A stretch of 40,269 nucleotides of DNA from an uncultured Spirochaetales bacterium (lineage in GTDB: Bacteria; Spirochaetota; Spirochaetia; CAZPZF01): the NCBI GenBank assembly GCA_964590705.1, contig CAZPZF010000002.1:1-40269 (forward strand). The letters are read 5' to 3'. Each line of letters starts with the position of its first letter. The stretch's first letter is position 1. The position numbers were made by a program, and so were the translations under genes. The notes beneath the pieces were generated by a model that did no database searches, was not told where the DNA came from, and saw only the letters and a program-made list of their open reading frames with translations. Below are positions 32,918 to 40,269 of this stretch, piece by piece.

Positions 32918-34619
32918 GCGGAAAGCGCAGGGAATGGCCAGGCTGACTCTGTACACATTCCTCGTCACCCTGGTCCTTGCCCTCCTTTTCTTCCTTCTCA
33001 GGGTCGTTCTCGGCTTTCCGGCAAAAGCGGTCCTCGACATCTTCTACACAAAGTGGATCTTCCTCACCACGATCGGTGACTGCATCGAGGCGATCATCCC
33101 CCTCTCGATGTCAGCGGTCCTTCTCAGCTTCTCCCTCTTCGGAATGGAACGACTCGAGAGATCCGGAAAGACCTCTTTTTACCGTTTCATCGGCTCCGTC
33201 CTCGTCCTCTTCCTCGTCCTCACCCTCGTCTACGCAATCCTCCAGGAAGGGGTGCGGCCCATCGTATACTCCTCCAAGGAGGGTATCCTCTACATCACGG
33301 AAAGGGCTCGGGATTATCTCTCGAAGGCCGATCATGCGGCGGAAGAGGGGAACTTCCAGGAAGCGGTGGAAAACCTCGAGCTTTACCTGGAGCTGGATCC
33401 GGAAAACGAGGAGCTGCGCCAACAGCTCTTGACCTTCCAGAGTCGGATACGCCCCCCGGCCGAGCAGGAGCGGGCAGACGACGGACCCGGTTCCCGCTAT
33501 CTCCTGTCAGACCTCACTCCGGCTGAGCTCATCGAAAAGGCGCGGCAATTCATGGAAAGAGGGGACTACTACTCGGCGCATTACTACGCCACCATGGCCT
33601 ACGGCCTCGATAAAACCTACGAGGAGGCCAAGAGGATCGCGTCCTCGGCATGGGAGAGGATAGAAGCGGTGGAACCCAGCTCCGCCGATTCCCAGACCTA
33701 CGACCTGTACCAACGGAAGAAGAAGGCCTACAAAGCCCTTCAAGAGGATCGGTACATCGAGGCGTACTACCTCTTTAAGGATCTGGCGGCGGAGTACGCT
33801 CGGGATCCAGACATCCGGAAATACATGGCCATCGCGGAACAGCGCGCAATGGGCGTCTCCTTTTTCCTGGACGAAGCGCGGAAGGCTCTCACCCTGGCGG
33901 GAACCAGGAACATCCTCTTCCTGAACCGGAGAACAGACACCGAACGCGAGATCATTTTCATCGACAAGTTCGTAACGGTCCGTGAAGGCGCCTTTGCCCG
34001 GGGCATCGAGGCCATCGGCTTCACTCCGGATGGGACGGTCCTCTACCACCTGACGGCTGAATACGGGAAAATAATCAATTCAGCGCTCGTCATGCAGTGC
34101 ATCCATAGAGAGGACAATAGCATTCGGTTCGTTCCCGAATACATCTCTGGCCAGAGAAAGGGGATGGAGCGCTTTACCATACCTCTCCAACCGCAGGCGG
34201 AGCAGCTTCCCGGTTTCTCGCTCTCCCCGGACACGCTGCGGACGATCAACCTCCCCCGCCTCTGGGAGAACGGAAAAAGCCTCATCACCTACGGTTACCG
34301 AGCCGAATCGCTCTACCAGGAGATCCTCCTGCGCCTGCTCCTCCCCTTCACATTCCTCCTCGCGAATCTCTACATGGCTGCGCTCGGGTGGAGACTACGG
34401 CTTCGATACGGGAGGCTGCGGATCCTCCCGTTCATCCTGGTTCCGCTTCTCCCCCTCCTCTCAGCGGCGGTCCTCTCCCTGTATCTCCACGGAATCAAAG
34501 TCCTCCTCGGATTCCTCCTCGTGTCCGCGGGTTTCTGGGCAGCCGCGGGCATCATGCTCGGTTTCCAGATCCTCCTCTTCCTCTCCCTCATGTCCCTTGC
34601 CGGACAGACCACAGAATGA
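32910..34619 (+). CDS. membrane protein, 3 TM + large TPR-containing soluble domain + 3 TM
   Basis: GGAAGGAG Shine-Dalgarno sequence. Overlaps the upstream gene by 8 nt. The central region has TPR-like helices (AEEGNFQEAVENLELYLELDPENEELRQQL; ERGDYYSAHYYATMAYGLDKTYEEAK). The C-terminal TM trio is FTFLLANLYMAALGW / LPFILVPLLPLLSAAVL / FLLVSAGFWAAAGIMLGFQILLFL. Confidence 0.65.
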   Translation: MAERKAQGMARLTLYTFLVTLVLALLFFLLRVVLGFPAKAVLDIFYTKWIFLTTIGDCIEAIIPLSMSAVLLSFSLFGMERLERSGKTSFYRFIGSVLVLFLVLTLVYAILQEGVRPIVYSSKEGILYITERARDYLSKADHAAEEGNFQEAVENLELYLELDPENEELRQQLLTFQSRIRPPAEQERADDGPGSRYLLSDLTPAELIEKARQFMERGDYYSAHYYATMAYGLDKTYEEAKRIASSAWERIEAVEPSSADSQTYDLYQRKKKAYKALQEDRYIEAYYLFKDLAAEYARDPDIRKYMAIAEQRAMGVSFFLDEARKALTLAGTRNILFLNRRTDTEREIIFIDKFVTVREGAFARGIEAIGFTPDGTVLYHLTAEYGKIINSALVMQCIHREDNSIRFVPEYISGQRKGMERFTIPLQPQAEQLPGFSLSPDTLRTINLPRLWENGKSLITYGYRAESLYQEILLRLLLPFTFLLANLYMAALGWRLRLRYGRLRILPFILVPLLPLLSAAVLSLYLHGIKVLLGFLLVSAGFWAAAGIMLGFQILLFLSLMSLAGQTTE

Positions 34620-35437
34620 TCGGAAAGATCCTGAAACGGCTCGATCCCTGGGCGGGAAAACTGACGGGGGCGGCTCTCGGGCTCGTTTCAGGTCTCGGGG
34701 TGGTGGGGATGGTCTTCGGGGCTGTCCTGGGGCACATCGCCGACACGGTCCGCGGTGAATATCGGCAGCAGAAGGCCCTTGCCAGGTATTTTCTCTCTCC
34801 CAAGACCGAACGGGACTCGTTGTCCGCGGACATGAGGAAGACCGGCTTCACCTTCCTCGTCGCTCTCTGGATCCGCGATTGCGAAGGTTCCGTCTCGAAA
34901 ATCGATCGCGCCGAGGCGGCCGAATGGGCGGCGCGGTACCACGGCATCGGCCAGAGACAGCGCCACGTCTTCCTGGGCGCGGTCGGCAGAGTCATGGACA
35001 GTGGAAACCCGGATATTCCGGCGCTATCTGCCGATTTCGCCCTCGACTCCACGGCGGAGGAAAGGCTTGCATTCCTCGGTTCGCTCCTTGACTGTATAAA
35101 GGATTCCCTCACGGAGCGGAGACGCGGCATGTTCAGGGAGATCTGTTTTTCGATGGGATTTTCGGAGGAGGCGCTGCGGGATCTCGCACGGAAGCACGGC
35201 CGTGCGCGGCCGGAGGACTACCGGCTTCTGGGAGTGACGGAGGATTCGGCGAACGACGAAATAAGGACCGTATACCGGAAACTTGCCAGCCAGTTCCACC
35301 CGGACATCACGGCGGGGCTCTCTTCCGGACAGCGAAACGCGGCGAACGAGGCCTTCATCAGGATAACCGAAGCGTACAAACGGATCGTCGCGGACCGCGA
35401 GTTCCGCGCGTCCGATTCGGAGACTCCTTTAAGCTGA
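34616..35437 (+). CDS. DjlA-like membrane-anchored J-domain co-chaperone
   Basis: N-terminal Gly-rich TM segment is LTGAALGLVSGLGVVGMVFGAVLG. The C-terminal J domain is EDYRLLGVTEDSANDEIRTVYRKLASQFHPD...AFIRITEAYKRI, with the HPD motif. ATGA overlap with the upstream gene (34616-34619). Confidence 0.8.
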   Translation: MIGKILKRLDPWAGKLTGAALGLVSGLGVVGMVFGAVLGHIADTVRGEYRQQKALARYFLSPKTERDSLSADMRKTGFTFLVALWIRDCEGSVSKIDRAEAAEWAARYHGIGQRQRHVFLGAVGRVMDSGNPDIPALSADFALDSTAEERLAFLGSLLDCIKDSLTERRRGMFREICFSMGFSEEALRDLARKHGRARPEDYRLLGVTEDSANDEIRTVYRKLASQFHPDITAGLSSGQRNAANEAFIRITEAYKRIVADREFRASDSETPLS

Positions 35438-35453
35438 GCCGGACAACCGGCTC
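35436..35453. terminator. short hairpin between convergent genes (possible bidirectional terminator)
   Basis: GAGCCGG-acaa-CCGGCTC spans the 14-nt gap between the djlA-like stop and the murA stop. There is no U-tract, so this is weak. Confidence 0.25.
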
Positions 35454-36735
35454 AAACGTCCTCCTCCCTCCGTATCCGCGCGCCGAGAGAGAGGAGCCTT
35501 TCGGAGATATTCTCGTACCCCCGCTCGATCTGGTAGACATTCTGGATGACACTTTCACCCTCCGCGCAGAGGGCGGCGAGCACCATGGCCATCCCCGCCC
35601 TGACGTCGGGAGAAACAAGATCCGCGCCCCGCAGCCTGGCCGGCCCGGAGATCACCGCTCGGTGGGGGTCGCATAGGATGATGCGGGCACCCATTCCGAT
35701 GAGCTTATCGACGAAGAACATGCGGGACTCGAACATCTTCTCGTGGATGAGCACTGTCCCCTCGACCTGCGTCGCCACGACGGTGATGATGCTCGTGAGG
35801 TCGGCGGGGAACCCCGGCCAAGGAGAGTCGTCAATCGATGGGATCATTCCGCCTAGTTCGGGCTGGACCCTGAGTTCCTGGCCTTTGGGAATGTGGATCG
35901 ATGAACCATCCGTGTCCCAATGGATCCCAAGTTTGCCGAACGCGATCTTCACCATGCGCAGGTTCTGGGGACCCGCGTTCTCTATGGTAAGCTCGCCCCG
36001 GGTCACCGCGGCAAGGCCGATGAACGAGCCGACCTCCATGTAATCCGGACCTATCCGGTAGTCGCACCCGCCGAGCTGTGGCACCCCCTCGATGGAGAGG
36101 ATGTTGGAGCCGATGCCAGATACCCGAGCACCCATGGCGTTGAGCATCCGGCAGAGATCCTGCACGTGCGGCTCGGACGCGGCGTTGTTGATAAGGGTTT
36201 TCCCCTCCGCGAGAACCGAGGCCATGATGGCGTTTTCCGTGGCCGTAACCGAAGCTTCGTCGAGAAAAAGATCCGCGCCGACCAGCTTGTTCGCGGAGAG
36301 GCGGTACATCCCGTCCACCTCTATCCTGGCGCCGAGTTCGGTAAAGGCGAGAAAATGGGTATCCAGCCTCCGGCGCCCGATGATGTCTCCGCCTGGGGGG
36401 GGCAGGACGACCCTGCCGGTCCTGGCGAGGAGGGGGCCGGCGAAGAGGATGGATGCCCGGATCGCCTTTGCGTGCCGCGAAGGGATTTCCGACGAAGGAA
36501 TGTCTTTCGCGACAATCCGATATTCTCCGTGACCGATCCGGGTTATCTCGGCGCCGAGTTCGGCGAGAACGCCGCACATCACGCCGACATCCTCGATGTC
36601 CGGAATATTGCGCAGGATCACCGGCTCGTCGGTGAGCAGCGCCGCGGCGAGGCAGGGCAGGGCCGCAGTCTGGTTTCCGCGCGGCCGTATAGATCCTTTG
36701 ATGGGAAAATTCCCCTCGATGACGTACTTGCTCAT
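35452..36735 (-). CDS. murA: UDP-N-acetylglucosamine 1-carboxyvinyltransferase
   Basis: 427 aa. Contains [52 protein letters not shown] and HRAVISGP, the EPSP-synthase-fold MurA pattern. Confidence 0.93.
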   Translation of the reverse strand: MSKYVIEGNFPIKGSIRPRGNQTAALPCLAAALLTDEPVILRNIPDIEDVGVMCGVLAELGAEITRIGHGEYRIVAKDIPSSEIPSRHAKAIRASILFAGPLLARTGRVVLPPPGGDIIGRRRLDTHFLAFTELGARIEVDGMYRLSANKLVGADLFLDEASVTATENAIMASVLAEGKTLINNAASEPHVQDLCRMLNAMGARVSGIGSNILSIEGVPQLGGCDYRIGPDYMEVGSFIGLAAVTRGELTIENAGPQNLRMVKIAFGKLGIHWDTDGSSIHIPKGQELRVQPELGGMIPSIDDSPWPGFPADLTSIITVVATQVEGTVLIHEKMFESRMFFVDKLIGMGARIILCDPHRAVISGPARLRGADLVSPDVRAGMAMVLAALCAEGESVIQNVYQIERGYENISERLLSLGARIRREEDV

Positions 36736-36804
36736 GAAAACACCATATCAGAGAATCGCTCTTTTCGCCAGAAGATACCGGGGCTTCAACCGCGCAGATG
36801 TGGT

Positions 36805-38202
36805 TCAGTGGGGATCAAAACGGTACTGCCGTTTTCCGAATGGGTTCGCGGCGAGGACGACTCGGAGAGAATAGAGGTAGTCTCCCTTCTCTTGGGTCGA
36901 GAAACGCGCGGAAAGCGGAACGATGGCAGGCAGGCCCTTTCCAATGTTGAATGGATTCTCGAACAACACGGGAAAAAACACCTCCGAGGGAGGTTGCGAG
37001 GGCATAAAGGGGGCTTCGAACGGAGCCCCTTCGGGAACCCCGGTCAACGTGAAGCATCTCATGGCGATGGTAAAATAAGAATCCCCCTTTCTCCTGAAGT
37101 CAGCCACCGCTTGCGGATCCATGGCGGTAGCGCAGAAGGCCTCCCATTCTCCCTCTACGAGAAGGCGCGAACAGGTATCCAAAAAACGGTTGAGACTGCG
37201 GACGATGTTCACGGACCTGTTTTCCGTGAAGCTCCCTCGGTTCCAGCGATACCAGGTCAGATAGGTCTCGTACCCCGTTCCCTCCTCGAAGCCCTGCCGG
37301 GGAACCACGATATCGAGCACGGAGTCTCCATCTATGTCATCGAAAATCGGGGGGCCCGCCGAAGAATCGTGAATGGAAAGGCGGGAAGGAGCCGTTGTTC
37401 CGGAGAACGCGACGATATCCCGCTCCGTGCCCTCCTGATCCATAAAAAGCAGCTCCGCGCAGATGACACGCTCCTCTCCCTGGATGAGGCCGAAGGTACG
37501 AAACGACTGGAGGGAGAATCTCCTGCCCAGCGGAACGACGATCGGTTTCCCCATCCCCTGATCGGTCTGGGGAAAGAAAAGGACCGAAACGCCGAAGGAT
37601 ACAGGATCGTTTCCGAACACCCTTTTATAGGAAGAGAGGTAGCCGAGATCCGCCGTGCCGGGAACCTCCGTTTCGATGAGAACCAGGACCGCCTCCGGGT
37701 ATCCGTCTCCCGCGGTATCATGGAGAAACAGAAGGGGTTTCCCCCTTCCCGAAAGGATCTCTGTTTTCTCTCCGGCGTATCTTTCCGCGAACCGAACGAT
37801 CTCGCTTCGCGAAAGCGGCGGTTTCCTTGCCGGCGCTGGCGGCTCCGCGGCCGCCCGCGTTTCGCCCTCCGTTCCCGACGCGGCTGCGGCCGCGCTTGCG
37901 GACGTTCCGCCGGCTTCGCCCGCAGCCGCCTCTACTGCCATGCTGATGGCCGCCTCCTCTTCGGCCCCCGCGCCGATCGCCGCAGGGAGGGTTCCCGCGG
38001 AGTCTTCTCCCGACAACGGCAATTCTCCGCCGGATCGTTGATCATTTGCTGAAGGCTGCACGTAATCAGAGACCGCAGAAACCTCTGATGCGGCCGAGGG
38101 AAGGACCGTTTCAGAAAGACCGACGTCGAGCCCTTCCGGCTTCATCGAGCGGCAGGATAGGATGAGTACGCACAGCGTCAATGCTGTTCCCCATCGATAC
38201 AC
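36805..38202 (-). CDS. hypothetical lipoprotein with an Ala-rich low-complexity linker
   Basis: The ORF track begins at a TTG (38277). I prefer the GTG at 38202, which gives MYRWGTALTLCVLILSC (lipobox LILSC) with GGAG 9 nt upstream. An Ala/Glu/Gly-rich linker (AAIGAGAEEEAAISMAVEAAAGEAGGTSASAAAAASG) follows, then a globular part with a DIDGDSVLDIVV (FG-GAP/VCBS-like) motif. Confidence 0.6.
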   Translation of the reverse strand: MYRWGTALTLCVLILSCRSMKPEGLDVGLSETVLPSAASEVSAVSDYVQPSANDQRSGGELPLSGEDSAGTLPAAIGAGAEEEAAISMAVEAAAGEAGGTSASAAAAASGTEGETRAAAEPPAPARKPPLSRSEIVRFAERYAGEKTEILSGRGKPLLFLHDTAGDGYPEAVLVLIETEVPGTADLGYLSSYKRVFGNDPVSFGVSVLFFPQTDQGMGKPIVVPLGRRFSLQSFRTFGLIQGEERVICAELLFMDQEGTERDIVAFSGTTAPSRLSIHDSSAGPPIFDDIDGDSVLDIVVPRQGFEEGTGYETYLTWYRWNRGSFTENRSVNIVRSLNRFLDTCSRLLVEGEWEAFCATAMDPQAVADFRRKGDSYFTIAMRCFTLTGVPEGAPFEAPFMPSQPPSEVFFPVLFENPFNIGKGLPAIVPLSARFSTQEKGDYLYSLRVVLAANPFGKRQYRFDPH

Positions 38203-38351
38203 GAATACACTCCATGAAAATCCGATGCTCGCTTTTATAGTACCAGTGAAAAAAGTGCCCTGTCGAGCGTTTTTCAAGAGCTTGTATAAAACCGCCGTTT
38301 CTGAAAGAATCTGCTATCCTCTTAAGGACAACCTGACTCAAGGCGGAACCA

Positions 38352-39749
38352 ATGAAAGTGATGAAATTCGGCGGCAGCTCTGTCGCAGACGCGCAGAGGA
38401 TAGCCGTTGTGGCGGAAATTGCACTGAAGGAGCGGAAAAAGACACCGATCGTTCTCGTTCTTTCCGCCATGAAGGGGAACACGGACGCGCTCATCGCCTG
38501 CGCGAGGCAGGCGGAGCAGGGAGACTCCGCCTATAAAAAGCGGATCGAGGCCCTTCTTTCGAAACACGCGGAGGCCGCGCAAAGCTTGCTCGCCGATCCG
38601 GACGAACTGAAAGCCGCGAGGGCGGAGATCGACGAGATGTTCCGCGAGCTTGAAAGCATCCTCCATGGAATCGAACTCGTCCGAGAATGCTCGGCCCGGA
38701 GTCTGGACCTCGTGATGAGCTTCGGCGAACGGCTGAACTGCAAGCTCATGACCCGATACCTCAACGCGTCCGGCCATACCGCCGAGTACATAGACACCAG
38801 AGAGGTCATCGTGACTGACGATGCCTACGGAGCCGCCGCGGTTGACTATCCCCTGACATATGAGAGGCTGGGCAAACGGATCGCGGCCTGCGGAGGAATC
38901 CCCGTGGTAACGGGGTTTATCGCCGCGACCCCAGAAGGCATCACAACCACACTGGGCAGGAACGGCTCGGACTTCACCGCGTCGATCGTGGGGGCCGCGA
39001 TCAACGCGGAACTCATCGAGATCTGGACAGACGTCGATGGAGTCCTCAGCGCCGACCCCCGGCTGGTTCCCGACGCCTTCGTCATTCCGGAGGTGAGCGT
39101 GGAGGAGGCGATGGAGCTCTCCTACTTCGGCGCAAAGGTCATCCATCCCTACACGATGATCCCGGCGGTCGAAAAGAGGATCCCCATCCTCATTAAAAAC
39201 ACGATGAATCCATCAGCTCCAGGAACATGGATCGTCGAGAAGGTGAAGCCGCACGACCGCGAGATCACCGGTATCGCCTCCGTATCCAATGCGGCCATCA
39301 TCAACGTGGAGGGGGGCGGCATGATGGGCGTTCCCGGCATCGCCTCCAAGGTCTTCTCGGCGCTCGCCCGCGTGCGGACCAACGTCATCATGATCTCCCA
39401 GGCATCGTCAGAGCACAGCATCTGCCTGGTCCTGAAGGAGGAGGAGTCCGAACGGGCCCGTCAGAGCCTCCTCGAGGCCTTGGCTTACGAGATCTCAGCC
39501 AAGCTCATCCAGAGCGTTGAGATCAGGAGAAACCTGGAGATCATCGCGGTGATCGGGGAGAACATGCAGGGAACGCCCGGCCTCGCGGGGAGGGTTTTCA
39601 GCGCCCTCGGTGACGCGGGGATCAACGTCCTCGCCATCGCCCAGGGATCCTCCGAGCTGAACATCTCGCTGGTCATCGAAAGCGCCGACACATCGAGGGC
39701 GCTCAACGCCATCCACAAGGCGTTCCTGAACGGAAAGAGGCGGCCATGA
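38352..39749 (+). CDS. lysC: aspartate kinase (monofunctional, with C-terminal ACT domains)
   Basis: MKVMKFGGSSVADAQRI...VLVLSAMKGNTDAL...GGIPVVTGFIA...TLGRNGSDFTAS...IWTDVDGVLSADPR...ELSYFGAKVIHP. Two ACT-like segments follow (ISQASSEHSICLVL; IAQGSSELNISLVI). Confidence 0.9.
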   Translation: MKVMKFGGSSVADAQRIAVVAEIALKERKKTPIVLVLSAMKGNTDALIACARQAEQGDSAYKKRIEALLSKHAEAAQSLLADPDELKAARAEIDEMFRELESILHGIELVRECSARSLDLVMSFGERLNCKLMTRYLNASGHTAEYIDTREVIVTDDAYGAAAVDYPLTYERLGKRIAACGGIPVVTGFIAATPEGITTTLGRNGSDFTASIVGAAINAELIEIWTDVDGVLSADPRLVPDAFVIPEVSVEEAMELSYFGAKVIHPYTMIPAVEKRIPILIKNTMNPSAPGTWIVEKVKPHDREITGIASVSNAAIINVEGGGMMGVPGIASKVFSALARVRTNVIMISQASSEHSICLVLKEEESERARQSLLEALAYEISAKLIQSVEIRRNLEIIAVIGENMQGTPGLAGRVFSALGDAGINVLAIAQGSSELNISLVIESADTSRALNAIHKAFLNGKRRP

Positions 39750-40269
39750 AATTCAGGAGTACGCGGGGAAAGGCAAAACCTGTATCGTTCAAGGAAGCGC
39801 TGTTCCAGGGGCTCGCCACGGACGGAGGGCTCTACCTCCCCGAGACGACCCCGAAACTCTCCGCCATCTTCGACCGCTTCTCCCCGGAAACCCAGTTCAC
39901 CGAGATCGCGGGTGCGGTGACCGAGGCTCTCCTCTCCCCCGAAATCAACGGGGAAGAGGCACGGCGGATCTGCTCACGGGCGTTCCCCTTCTCCCCCGCG
40001 ATCTCGGAGGGGAAAAACGGAATCGGGATCCTGGAGCTCTACCACGGCCCTTCCTGCGCCTTCAAGGACTTCGGAGCCTCGTTCCTCGCCTCCTCCATGG
40101 AGTTTTTCCTCGAGCGGGAAGGGGGACGGTCGATCATTCTCACCGCTACCTCCGGCGATACCGGAAGCGCGGTCGCGTACGCCTTCAGGGGAAAGAGGAA
40201 CATCGACGTCGTCATCCTCTACCCCCAGGGCCGCGTGCGCCCCCTCCAGGAAAAACAACTCCCGCCGGG
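39746..40269 (+). CDS. thrC: threonine synthase, N-terminal 174 codons (runs off the right edge)
   Basis: Absent from the ORF track (open at the edge). My translation from the ATG at 39746 gives MKFRSTRGKAKPVSFKEALFQGLATDGGLYLPE...ILELYHGPSCAFKDFGASF...ILTATSGDTGSAVAYAF...VVILYPQGRVRPLQEKQL, the ThrC pattern including the PLP lysine in AFKD. ATGA overlap with lysC. Confidence 0.85.
   Translation, partial: MKFRSTRGKAKPVSFKEALFQGLATDGGLYLPETTPKLSAIFDRFSPETQFTEIAGAVTEALLSPEINGEEARRICSRAFPFSPAISEGKNGIGILELYHGPSCAFKDFGASFLASSMEFFLEREGGRSIILTATSGDTGSAVAYAFRGKRNIDVVILYPQGRVRPLQEKQLPP

Noticed and set aside
35920-38052. 710-aa plus-strand ORF spanning the antisense of murA, the spacer and the lipoprotein gene.
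   Set aside because: Its composition is extremely Arg/Gly/Pro-rich with no recognisable motifs. It lies antisense to a confidently identified murA. Long stop-free antisense frames are expected in GC-rich DNA with GC-rich third codon positions.
38203-38351. Possible lysine (L-box) riboswitch or attenuator upstream of aspartate kinase.
   Set aside because: The spacer is only about 150 nt. I could not find the conserved L-box core elements, only a weak long-range CCGCC/GGCGG pairing.

Overview
GC-rich (about 58-60% by eye) bacterial chromosomal segment with short AT-rich intergenic spacers. The gene content suggests Spirochaetota, but that is a low-confidence inference from an archaeal/eukaryote-type ProRS, a FapA/DUF342 protein, CheY and several sigma-54 activators. 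I support about 36 protein-coding genes. I saw no rRNA or tRNA genes, no CRISPR array, and no transposase, integrase or phage genes.

Housekeeping genes: proS, lgt, an S41 peptidase, rsmE, murA, aspartate kinase and thrC.

Accessory or regulatory blocks worth a second look:
1. 9762-14387: a tightly packed operon of a small membrane protein, a MinD/ParA-type ATPase and a giant multi-module FapA beta-solenoid protein. It runs on into lgt and a GH36 alpha-galactosidase.
2. 18067-22521: a PspA (IM30) cluster with a STAS/zinc-ribbon fusion, a YbjN-like protein and a pseudo-receiver winged-helix regulator. Upstream sits a sigma-54-type AAA+ activator that lacks a DNA-binding domain.
3. 22527-22782: a convergent spacer with 9-bp direct repeats that are also perfect DnaA-box 9-mers.
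4. 22791-26935: an ECF sigma / ZAS anti-sigma / YbjQ tricistron next to a 12-blade NHL lipoprotein.
5. 27247-31861: a 7TMR-DISM histidine kinase that continues in another reading frame into a REC plus second kinase module. The frame break is at a G7 homopolymer. An NtrC-type regulator is start/stop coupled to it.
6. 4523-4539: a near-consensus sigma-54 promoter upstream of a polyprenol-kinase-like gene.

All family calls come from reading the translations and recalling family motifs. No database search was run.
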